Position numbers and translations under genes: made by a program | The notes under the pieces: generated by a model | Told to the model about the DNA's origin: nothing | The model's database searches: none | The model's input: only the letters and a program-made list of their open reading frames with translations | In this document: positions 35,902 through 47,231 of the stretch, in pieces | How the letters are laid out: each line of letters starts with the position of its first letter | How positions within the stretch are numbered: the first letter of the stretch is position 1 | From: Phallusia mammillata | Lineage: Eukaryota | DNA length: 64,000 nt | Direction of reading: 5' to 3' | NCBI GenBank assembly: GCA_965637545.1 | Contig: OZ281496.1 | Coordinates: forward strand, 29,078,001-29,142,000

Positions 35902-37019
35902 ATCTAAAACGAAATATGCATTTTTATTTAGAAATATTAAGTAAACGCTAAAAAGTTTTTAATTAATCAACTAAATTCCCAAAGTTGTACTTTGTCGTGT
36001 ATGCATTATGTAATCTTTAGCGGGTGGTTTTACGTAATAAAAGCATGGAAACATTAAAGTTTACTGGTGAATCCCACATTTGACATTAGTCTAGGAAAAG
36101 GGAACGTCAATGCAAAATGTAAGTGGAAAAGGTTTCGTGGAAAAAAGGTTATCAATAACGTAACATAGATAGAGCAAAAACTGCTGACTAAATGAAAAAA
36201 ACAATAACATGAAGTAGCGTAGAAACAATGATGAGTATAGAAGGATTACCAGGGATTTTATGATAGATACAAAAAATTATTGTCATTATTCTAGGTTTGA
36301 AAAAGACAATTTATTCAATTCTAGACTAACAAAGAGATAAATTATCTTTGTTGCCGTAGAAGAGCGTCATAATAAAATTAATTAATTGGAAAAATGTTTT
36401 AACACTTGTCTGTTTATACAGTATCCAGAAAATGGTGACTTTTATCGGGACAAAAGGCATGGCAATTTGCGTATAACCCGATACGTACGTACGTATGTAT
36501 TTTTGAGGCCATAATAATTGCTAATAACTATTAGGAACATGTACAAAAACTGGCTGTACATATTTTCAATGCAAATACATTTTGTTGTAAAATATCAATT
36601 ATTCAAAACATGTGTTGAAGAAAGGCTAATGAGAGAAATGAATTAAATTGCAACGAATCAAAACTACAGGTTTAACAAATGGACAATTTCTTGGTGATTA
36701 CTCGTAATGCAAAAGTTGTCTGCATTTCTGTCTGTATTAATGTTTCTCAGACTTTAAATATTTGTTTTTTATGGTCATTCGCATTATCCTTGAGCACTAG
36801 CGGTTCAAGCCTAACACGTTGCTTCAACCTCAATATACAACCCAAGAAACCAAAGGTGATGTTAGAAGCAACAGCAAATTTACTCCTGCCAAAAAAATGT
36901 TCACAAAAACACGATGAATTCACCTAGCTTCCCCTAGCTTAGTGTCTTTAAGAAGCCAAGATAGTTACGTCACAAACAAGACAAACACAATGATATGATT
37001 GCCCAGAGCGGTTGTTTTT

Positions 37020-37225
37020 ATGTAACTTGTAATGAAATACAGAAGCGTTAATAAACACAGGATAAATCACAGTACGCCAGGCCCATTGAAGGCGCCATAC
37101 CGAATCAGCCGGTCACCAAGCATTCACCACCATATGGCAAGGCGTAGGCTAAAAAAATCTAGCTTGCGAACCCACGACAGGAGTCTTTCCGGGACTCGCG
37201 CTCTACCAACTGAGCTACGCAGGCT
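37020..37225 (-). mobile_element. tRNA-derived SINE
   Basis: Minus strand GCCTGCG-TA-GCTC AGTTGGTA GAGC-G-C-GAGTC CCGGAAA GACTC-..GGTTCGCAAG. A box, D arm and anticodon arm are perfect; B box is degenerate; there is no T-stem or acceptor pairing. The 3' boundary is approximate. Confidence 0.6.
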
Positions 37226-38832
37226 CAGTGGGGAATCCGCCGAAAGTCGAATCACAAGCACCGTTACCTGCCTCGTATGCTGCACATGTCAGCTTCATAG
37301 TAGGGGATCGCCAGATTTATATATGAGTGTGTCGTGATCGCTGGTCTGCATAGACACTTCAGGGCTGATCCCAGTTATGAATTTATGTTCATCTTAATAA
37401 ACACTGGAGACTTATGCATATTCCATGTCAGTTTAGACCAGGGGTGCACAACCTTTTCGCTACAACAGCCGCATCGTATATCCTTAATACACCAACAGTC
37501 GACAATTACCTGATTGTTTTTGTTTTTAAAATACTATGATGTAAAGAAATTGGTTTATATCATATATACACCATCCACTTGCTCCTGAAAAGGCCAGATT
37601 AAATGTATTGTGACAATTGTGGTGACTATTTTTTGCATTGTTTGTACACAATAGATGTACAACAAGTCTGGCGGGTATGGCTGGTAATACTTGTTCCAGT
37701 CCCTTAAAATCAGTTTATAGCAGTTTGAAAATCAAATTATTTAACAAACGAGATAAATTTACGTCCAGGGCGCCAGTACACATGTTTTAATATACATGAT
37801 CACAGCCGCAAAAACTCGTCTCTGCAGCCACATGTGGCTGTACGGTTGCAGATTGTGTATTACTGTTTCGCAAAAAAGTAAATAAACGATTAACATATTT
37901 GAGTTTATAATCCTAAGCTAAAATAGTTTGCAGGAAAAGCAATGTTGATACCTGTACAGCAAAACTAAGTGAGACGAAATGAAGTCAATCATTACTTTTA
38001 AGACACTAAAGAACAATAATAGAAATAAGGACGGCATGGAAATCCTGCCGAAACAATGCGTAACGTAGAACGTCGAGCACTTTGTGGTACTGTCAAAATC
38101 GCTCCACCAAAGTTTTAAAGCCGCGGGTTTACGCAGTCAATGATAGAAATACTATGACATACTATTTCTACATGCAAAGCGTACAACGGGTTTAAGAACC
38201 ACCGGTTTTAGTTGTTTGTGATGTATATTAATACATCCAATGCTATATTTCTAATTGCAACGGTTATAGCAAACAGCATCAAGTACGTTAAAACCCGGAC
38301 GTGCATTTTAAATCATGGTAATTGGAAGCACTGGACTGACATTATATACATAAACCATAAAGGTAACAAAATAAGCACGTACACAAATATGTTACACATA
38401 ATACTATTCAGGTGGATCAAAATGAATCTTTATTCAACTGACAGGTTACAATGTTTAAAGGTTGCCGTATAATCTTAATTTACAGCACTGAAAGCTATCT
38501 AGCGCGCTAGGTAGGTGGTTAAATCGTCCCAGTGACACAATAAACTAAAACAGCGTTGACCTATACTAAATAACTCAGCTACTGCCTGTCTAACTTCACG
38601 GGGATTAAACTTCCCTTGTCATTTTTACGACCATAGCCTGCCAGCAATTTGACAGGCATCTGACACTAATGTAGTTAGAATGACATGATGGCTTAGTGTT
38701 AGAAACTTTTTATCCATATATAAAGAGACAATTTCTATAGTTAAGTAACACTGGTTGAGTGATCATTAAGAGCAAGTCAGCCCAGGTATCAAAGTTGTTT
38801 CAACACAGAGTGTTTCAAATTTTTGATACAAA

Positions 38833-41800
38833 ATGAGACTGTCGTTCGTCGCGTTGGTTCTTGCAATATGTTTCAGCTATTCCTACGGTAAGTTAACAAG
38901 GTAAAAGTGTTTATTTAGCAAGATACGGCCTTCGTAGTGTGTATAACCAGCGAAAACATGCACACACTTGTTTTATTTAGGTATACGTTATTACAACTTT
39001 CAACATAACTTGGAAACTATTACTGCTGGATTATCTTCGTGTTTTTTTCTGCGTAAACGTATGAATTTTGTGTTTCAGGCCTATCTTGCTGGAAATGCAC
39101 AAACGCAGCTAGTTTGGCTGAATGCGAATCTAAAGGGCAGATGGTTCAATGCAACAATCAACAGGTAAGTACAAGTAAGAAGTACATCTTATGTGTATAG
39201 TAACAAACCAATGCGGTTCAATCCAAAAGCGAAAATGTATCTCTTAACATATATTCGCATTGATTATGTATCATTTGCAATGCAACACACAATGCACGCT
39301 TTATATATTTGATTATTATTTTAACAGTCGTGTCAAAGCATTTTTCGAACACACAACGGCCGAACTTCGATCACCAAACGCTGCAAACAGACGGCTGCTT
39401 GCTTGAACAACATGAAACAGGTAGGAAATAAGCTATTGCTGCCAGGCATAATGTATGACCAAGTATTGCTCATCCAGTAGTTTATTATAAACAACCGACG
39501 TTTCGACGTCCTATACAAGACGCCTTGCAAGACAAGACATGCCATTTATCCTGATGAAGGCGTCTTGTACAACGTCGATTGTTTATAATAAAACTGCTGG
39601 ATGAGCAATACTTGGTTATTAAACAGGCATTTACCTCAAAAGCATTTTGAGTTATTGTAAAAAAAATAAGACTGAGTGAAACACCTCGACACGTGGCTGA
39701 ACAAATCCATAAACTACACAAAATTTTAGCTGCTTATCCTTTTTAAGTTTGTTTGAAAACTGAACTGCCATTAGCGTTTTTATACCCTATAATGAAGTCG
39801 CACGTTACACTAACGTTTGTAGAATATAAGATCATCTGGGAAATCTTTCCAGTGTAATGGAGAACAAACCAACTCAGTATGCACATGCTGCTGCAAAGAG
39901 GACAATTGCAACAAAGGATCAATAGACTGCATCAAAGTACAACAAGCTACAGTGGCGGCACCAAAACCAACCAAGCCGGGTAAGCGTTAAATGATTTATG
40001 CTGTAAAACTGTAAAAAGATGGGTAGCACGACATCAAGTTCAAAATCGCTGTCTGGTGACAACCTATAAGCGAATAAAATCAGAACAAGTTGATTAGTTT
40101 TTTTATTTAACAAATAAAAACGTTTTTCCATGCACTTGCTATTTTTGTTCTCTATATTTACGTAACTGTAAGGGATACCTTATAGGTGCTGACTTTTTTG
40201 GATATGCAGCACATATACCTAAAAGCATCAACCCGAACTATATTGTTATGTAGCGATTAAGGCAACGACGTGCCCGAAGCAAGGCGCGCTACCTCACGGC
40301 GAAGCGAGTTGCTCGGATGAAAACAAACAAGGTTCAACTTGCGAGTTCCGTTGCACTTCACCGAACTATACCATCTACCCGTCTGGTGCGGATAAAAACC
40401 AGTGTGGAGCGGATGGACAGTGGAGTCAACCAAAACCCTGTTGCGCCAGTGAGTGGCTCCTTTTTAGATTTCAGTTTTTGTCTTCGTGTCATTTTGTTTT
40501 TTACTCGGTATAAAAACGGCAAAGGAAAGCAACAGTAAAATACAACGCGTTCTAAATTCACGCTACTAACATGATGCAGTAATACATCTTGAATTGAAAT
40601 ATTGTTACTTTTAGGACCTTGCCCTCCATTTCTCCTATTCGACGCCGCCATTCTCTACCACGCTTCGGACAGGCGAAGTTTGCCAATCATCAAAAATATC
40701 CGCAACAACATCGTTAGGTAGGTGCCTTACCAAAGCTAGCGACTTCTTAACTTTACAGCGTGAACCCTAACGTGTATTGTCTGTATGATAACGAATTTCT
40801 CAAATCGCTGCGTTAAAAGACGTAGTGTATCTTTGATCAAAAATACATTGTTTTCACGGTCGCTTACAAAATCTGGTTATTTTTAAACTATGTCAGCATA
40901 CAAAACACTAAAAACTAAAATAAAACACAATCATTTTCAAAGGGATAACATGGACATTAACTATGACACTGGTAAACTTGCTGGAATATATTACAACAAC
41001 AAACCTGTAGTTGAGACTCGATACAACTACAGTGAGTACAACGACAACAAAACGCAACTCCTGCAGTTGATTGGTGAAAGAATCAAACCGACCAAGACAG
41101 GTTTGTACACATTCAAATAGTAACAGTTATTAGCATGTAGATTTCTTTTTAACGCGCAACTGTGAATACGTGAATCCAATCTTTGTATGACCTTACGTTA
41201 GCTCCTATGTGAAACCAAGAAAGTCTGTGTTCGTAACATTTTTTCGGCTGTATACCATTTGAACATTTAACCACAAATGATGATCATAATTAATCCTGAA
41301 GCAACGATCACGGCACTAAGTCATGGTACACTATTAGGCATATTAAAGGCACACTGTCATGCCTATTGAAGGCTTAATGCAGAATTGAGCCTGCCGTGCA
41401 TGCCTATGTACCAGTTAAGTAGAGCATCTGCCCAAAATAGGCTCCTGTCGCAAGTTTAAATCCTTACGCAGGGTAGATTTTGCTAGTGTATGGAAAATTA
41501 TGGGAATGATAGGTTCTTGAACAGGTCTAAGTAAGCAAAACCACTATGTTAAAAAACAATAAAATCACCATTAACCTGATCTATTGTGTTCTGAAGTGGG
41601 GGGGTTCGTGAACACAGGCAGAGCGATGTGGTATGCTGTGAACTACTTGTACCGACCCGAAATGGGAGCGAGAGATTCCAGAGTTCCAAAGATTCTTGTC
41701 GTCATCACCGACTCAAACTCAACCGACAACGTTCAAGCACCAAGCAACGCTGCTATTCGCGACGGAATTACGGTACGTCCTGCAATAAAAATAGGTTGTT

Positions 41801-42343
41801 CAAGTTTTGTGTGTGAGTACAAGGAGCATTCTAATAATGCTGTAGCTTCGGATAATTGCACTATTTCACTGACAAACATTTTCTCCTCTTTTCCTTTTGA
41901 CTAGAGTTTAATTGTACATTTACATTTTTATTGCGTAATTGAACTCACACATAAATGGTATATAATGCTTATGTTACGGTCACAATAAAAAAATATTACG
42001 GTCACGATAAAAAATATTATGGTTACGATAAAAAAGTCTGCCATGTCAGGAAAATGTAAGATATCGTTAAGATACCGATAACTCTTGTTGCATTTGGTTT
42101 TAGTTTTTAAGCAATATTTATAAGCGTCCAAAACAATTTTGTTTACAACAGCCGTACATCTTTGCAATCGAACACCCCGACCGGCCATTGAACAGAAAAC
42201 AAATGGAACAAGTTGCTGGAACTCCAGACAGAACTTACTTTCTTGCCGGCGAAAACGCGAATATGATGAAATTTATTGATGATCTGAAAGCTTCATTCTG
42301 CGAAAATCCATGCGACCACGTGCTTCATGAACACGAGAAATAA
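38833..42343 (+). CDS. Secreted Cys-rich (Ly6-like) + sushi + VWA protein, paralog B, 9 exons, 404 aa
   Basis: Exons 38833-38887, 39079-39164, 39328-39420, 39823-39979, 40254-40448, 40615-40717, 40943-41100, 41597-41772, 42152-42343 (1215 nt). Colinear with paralog A; identical C-terminus SFCENPCDHVLHEHEK*. Confidence 0.88.
39421..39620. mobile_element. Family A' inverted double-ribozyme insertion at the exon 3 splice donor of paralog B (both cores broken)
   Basis: Minus arm 39421-39526 ends before the CUGAUGA complement. Plus arm has CUGAUGA at 39551-39557 with a ~10-nt deletion through GAAA. AAACAG is duplicated at 39415-39420 and 39621-39626. Confidence 0.8.
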
Positions 42344-42953
42344 ACCTGAAACGAAATATGCATTTTTATATTAAGTAAATGAGCTTTTTAAAAACTGATA
42401 AATAAACCGACCGTGAAAAGATTGTTGCCTCGTCGAAAATGTAATTATACTTGCATTTGAATTTTTAGTAAATGTGTACATTATGATGATTTGCTGTGAT
42501 CATAAAAAATAAACACAAACTTTTAAGAAATGAACACCAATAACTCATAAAGGTAGCCACGTATTTCAACATTATTAACTTAAGTCTAATTTAGCTTAAA
42601 AGTCTAATGAAAAGCAGGTGAGGAAAAAAGGTCAACAAAAGTTTGCCTAACCAATACATATCTTCTGGAAATCACACATGAGTCAAAAACGTTTTTGAAA
42701 ATTTGAGGTTTTTAAAGTTTGGCGCAGACACATCTAGCAACCATATTTGTTTTATAAACATGACAGGATAGTTACACGTTTGCGTGTACGTCCCATTGTC
42801 TTTTAACATCTATCACACGTCAGTCGCCGCAGGGATTAGATGCGACACGTCATTAGACGTTAGTATTTATACAGCTATAAATCGACTTGTTAACGTCTGT
42901 CGGTTGCACATATTTCTTTGTGATTTGTAGTCAACAGTAAATTGCTTTGAAGA

Positions 42954-45900
42954 ATGAAGTCGACGCTCGTATTCTTTGCTTTGATTGGAATGGCAATCGG
43001 TAAGTTGTTTTGCTAACTTTAAAAGTTTTTGATAGTGCGGTTTAGTGTTAATCAAAACGTTTGCCACTTTTAAAACTACCATTTTTGGAGGATTTAATTT
43101 GCTTTTTTAAGACCAAAAATCGTACAATTCAATTTGAGTAAGGTTTATGTAAATTTGGCAGGCGAAAACCTCCCGCATTTTCCACATGACTTCGCTATTC
43201 TCTACCATTCTTCAAATGACACCAACGCGATGATGATGGCCACTGCTGCCACAATAATTCACAGGTAAGGTGTTTTGTAAAGTGCGGTATGTTTGTTTTT
43301 ATGTTCCAGTGCAAAACCTTAACTAATAGCATGACCTAAACTCTGTCAAGCTTTTTACTTCAGAATCAATACATTTTTTGTTAAATTACTTTTTGTCTCG
43401 GTGTTTTCGTTGCGTTGTGGCGTGCTTGCGCTCCACTCTTTTTTCATTTGTTCATCGTGCACTGTGCTAGTCGCATTCAGTGTTATTTACCCTGATGAAG
43501 ACGACGTGTATAGCAGGGGTGTCAAACTCGTGGGGTTCAGGGGCCACATTGCAGTTTGTAAATTATGCCAAGGGCCGCATTTGAGTTTTAATGTAGATCA
43601 CTTAAACAACCTCTTCGCCGCATTGTAGATCCTTATTTCACCAATAGCCGCCAATTACCTGCTGGTCTTTGTTTCAAAATTCCAGATGTAAAGAAATTGA
43701 TTTATATCATATCATATACCATCTATTGACGCCCCCAATGCCCAGATTAATTTCCAACTTGATGCATAGTTAGTCTTAACTGTTTATGATGTCATAATCT
43801 AAATAGTGACGCTTGTGGTAACTGTTTTAGCATTATTTGTACGCAATAGTCGTTCCTATTACTATCGTTTCTATCTACGACACATGGCTTTTTTGTTTAT
43901 AAATTTTTCTGTTTCTGTAAATATGTATTTAAATGATAGCTTTCACTTTGAAAAGTAAGAAAAAGTTGTTATGATTAGATATAAATCTGACAAAACACTA
44001 CAATTGTTGTTGAGTGTTCGTTGGCCGCATTGGAGGGCTTCGTGGGCCAAATGCGGCCCGCGGGCCGCGAGTTTGACACCCCTGCTGTGTAGGACGTCGA
44101 AACGTCGGAATAAAATTACATTTGCCGGAAGAGCTCTACAAACTTGATATTATGCCTGGCAGAAATAGCTTATATACTTTTTTCTCGTTGTCATGGAATT
44201 TATAATTAAATTACCGAAAAATCTATTCGGGCCGTTATCTTCTATTTGGGCCGTTATCTTCACGATTAAACTTATAAACAGATCCGTATATGGTGTTCCG
44301 ACAATTCCATTTAACAAATAATCGCATCACTATTGAGTTACTTTACAGTCAATATTTTCGCTTCTAATCCAAAAAATTTTCAGCATTTACATTTTGTTTG
44401 CCCTCATGCAAAAATACATTGAATAGCCGGAGTTAACTATTCTTGAATATCTCTAAGGACGCTCAAACAAACACCAGACGACGGCGCCAACTTCGCCGAA
44501 ATCTATTTCAACGATTTTCCCGTAGAAGAATCGAGAATCAACTTTGCCGAATCCGCAAATGCAGAGGACGAACTGGAATTATTCATGCAGCGAATTTGGC
44601 CGGAAATGAACGCTACTGGTACTGGTCAGTGACTAATAAGCCTCTTTAGTAATATGCGCGATTGTGCAACGCTTGTTAAGAAAAAGGGTTAATGCGAAAA
44701 AAATCTCAACACGCTTTACTGTTTAAACGTTTCGGAGAATACTCTTGCTATCATAAGCAACTAACTATAGACATCGTTTCAGATTCGCACAAAATCAAAC
44801 TTTAGGAATCTACACAAAGTGCGTTTCCATCTAAAAAACAAAGCCCTTAATAGATGTTTTCATATTTCGAAAAGGTAACCAGACTGCTGTTGCCAGTAAA
44901 GCGATAATATTCGCAATGCAACACATGCTGACGGAGGAAGCCGGCGCCAGAAAGACCAAGGGTGTGGAAGAAACAATTTTAATCGTCACCGACAGCAACT
45001 TAGACAACGATTCTATTATTGCGGCAAATGACGCCAGAGACGCTGACATTTCGGTGCGGGATTTTATGACAAATATTACTAATCGGATTTTATATGATAT
45101 CGGGTTTTATATTATATGGTGGTTCTCAACCGGATTCGGGCAACAGAGTCCAATTAAATAAGTATAGTGGATCAGTCCATCGGTAATAGGATTAAAAACG
45201 TATCTACAACAAGCATGTTGGCTTAAAATATATTCCTCATAGTTTAATTTAATGAGAGACAGATAACAACAAATGGCCAATAATTTGGATAAGCGTTTCG
45301 TACTGATATTTGGTACTTAATATAATATTTATTGAATTACATACCATTAGCCCCTATCCAATTTAACTCAAAATACAATTAACGGTCTGTGGACCACCCG
45401 AAAAGTCATCATGGACAACTAGCGGTTCATGGATCTGTAGTTGAGAACTACTGATATAAGAGAAAGCAGTCTAGAACCAATTATTTGTTCGTTATTAACT
45501 TACATGGACATTAAAGCTACAGCATGTTTTCAAAAAATGTGCGCGCGTTTACGCTTGCACGCACATTGTGCAAAAAGCGCGCGTCTGGTCTAAAAAGCGC
45601 GCCGATTTTCGCAATACGTGTTTTTCTAAAGCTGTAGTGTTATTGAACCTACTAAAAAGCAGTTGATAAAAGGCTGTTTCTTTGATGGTTTTACATGTTC
45701 TTGGCAAAAATAGGACTCGCTTACTAAGTCGGTACAACATATTTTTAAGACAAAGTTCTAAATATTCGCAAATTAACATTTCAGGTATACGTCATCGTTA
45801 TCAAGTCAAGAGATACGGATTTGAACAAAACACGTTTAGTGGAAGTAGCCGGCAACGAAACCAACGTTCTCCACGTGTCTGAAGAAGCAGGGAACATTTC

Positions 45901-45973
45901 TACATTCGCTCTGGCCCTAATTGACAACTTCTGTAGAAACCAATGTTTGACAAAAACGCCGAAAGAACCATGA
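42954..45973 (+). CDS. Secreted stand-alone VWA-domain protein (paralog C), 5 exons, about 227 aa
   Basis: Exons 42954-42999, 43162-43264, 44458-44624 (alternative donor 44618), 44875-45053, 45785-45973. Signal MKSTLVFFALIGMAIG. VWA exons have the same phases as exons 6-9 of A/B (the first is 103 nt in all three); GARKTKGVEETILIVTDS. Confidence 0.78.
43407..44173 (+). mobile_element. Full-length (~190 nt) family A hammerhead unit split by a MITE in stem-loop II
   Basis: TCGTTGCGTTGTGGCGTGCTTGCG..TTATTTACC-CTGATGA(43492-43498)-AGACGAC..[MITE]..AGGACGTCGAAACGTCGGAATAA..TATGCCTGGCAGAAATAGCTTAT. Confidence 0.85.
43514..44084. mobile_element. hAT-type MITE (CAGGGGTGTCAAACTCG)
   Basis: 17-bp perfect TIRs; TSD GTGTATAG / CTGTGTAG, each one mismatch from the ribozyme sequence CTGTATAG. 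Confidence 0.9.
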
Positions 45974-46774
45974 TGCCTGTTTCAACTTTTGTTTTAACAT
46001 ACGTGATTGAGTTTAATGAGAAAAGTGTTATATCAAATAAACAGATAAAAATCAAGGTACAAGTGCAAATGTGTTTTCAAGCAATAAATAATATACAAGC
46101 ACTGCGTTCAAGAGTCACAAACTCAAAGACCATGTCAGGACCAAATTAATATATCTTGCTAACAGATATAATTTTTTATTAAATTAATCTATTCACTGAG
46201 AATTAAAAGCATTTAGATAAGACTAATAAAGTGAGCTTTATAACTTACCTTTAAAACCAAAGTTCATTTCAATCTGCAGTTGTCAGGTAGCCACGCCTGC
46301 CATGACCGCTACATCAGCAAAGCAGCGACATAAAATAACAATTTTTAAAAATCTTCAGTTTACTTTTTTGTTATACTTATAACAGAGAGATCTGAATGGT
46401 CAATAAGATATGTAAAACTACTTCAAAAAAGCAAACGACACCGAAGTCACAAATGTAAACAAGAACAAAATGCGTCGAGAAACGTTTTGGCAAAAATAAA
46501 ATGGATGCGAGATAACTATTTTTACGACAACAAGAAAATTAATTGTTTTTTGGTTTGCGTATACAATGTCAAGAATTTTTTACCTGAAACATCTTGCTAA
46601 TAAAATGTAATTTTTTTTGAAAAAATCTACGGCTTTACAATATAAATAATTACCGTAAAGTACCAAAAAGTTCGGTTTGATTGAAACATACCAATACTTT
46701 GCTAGTATCCGACAAACCGAAATTCCAATCTGAAAATTGTGACACTGCTGGTTGTTAAGAACGGTAAGCTAATT

Positions 46775-47231
46775 CAGTGTGGTCCAACTTTATTTTGTTG
46801 CGGGCCATTCAAAATCGTTAACTTACTACACGGGCCAAGGTTTAAATGTTTGCTGGAAAGACTTTTTTTCTAGGTCAAACTCTAGGGTAACTTTACATCT
46901 TTTTTATCAAAAGATCAGTTTATTTTTATATTTTATAGTTTTACTGAGTAGAAGCTGTCAAAAACATTTTAAACACAGTTTCCACTCTAGCGCAAAAATG
47001 CCTCTGAACGGTTTATAGAAGCAGAACCCTTTATTACATAACAATGCCTTGTCATGCGTCACAATATGAGATTTAGCAGTATTTAGTATGTGGTAATCCT
47101 CACATTTTGAAAAGATTGAATTATTGAAAACAAAACTTATAGTTGTCATTAAAATGTTGGGACTTTCGCGGGCCAACAAAATAATCTCGAGGGCCAAAAT
47201 TGGCCCGCGGGCCTGCAGTTGGACCACGCTG
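46775..47231. mobile_element. hAT-type MITE (CAGTGTGGTCCAACT)
   Basis: TIRs CAGTGTGGTCCAACT / AGTTGGACCACGCTG; TSD AGCTAATT on both sides. Confidence 0.9.

Noticed and set aside
37160-37225. Functional tRNA-Ser(GGA) gene
   Set aside because: No T-stem or acceptor pairing, C at position 33, degenerate B box; treated as a SINE head.
37438-37865. MITE starting CAGGGGTGCACAACC, and the lone left TIR at about 61544
   Set aside because: Probably real relics, but no matching right TIR or TSD could be fixed, so boundaries are unsupported.
21061-44110. Recurrent GTTTCGACGTCCTATACAGG / CTGATGAAG motif as CRISPR-like repeats
   Set aside because: Copies are dispersed, occur in both orientations, lack regular spacers, and sit in a eukaryotic intron context; they are explained by ribozyme-bearing retro-units.
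46243-46340. Minus-strand exon ending AAG|GTAAGT near 46249
   Set aside because: Single donor-like site, short frames with stops, no partner exon identified.
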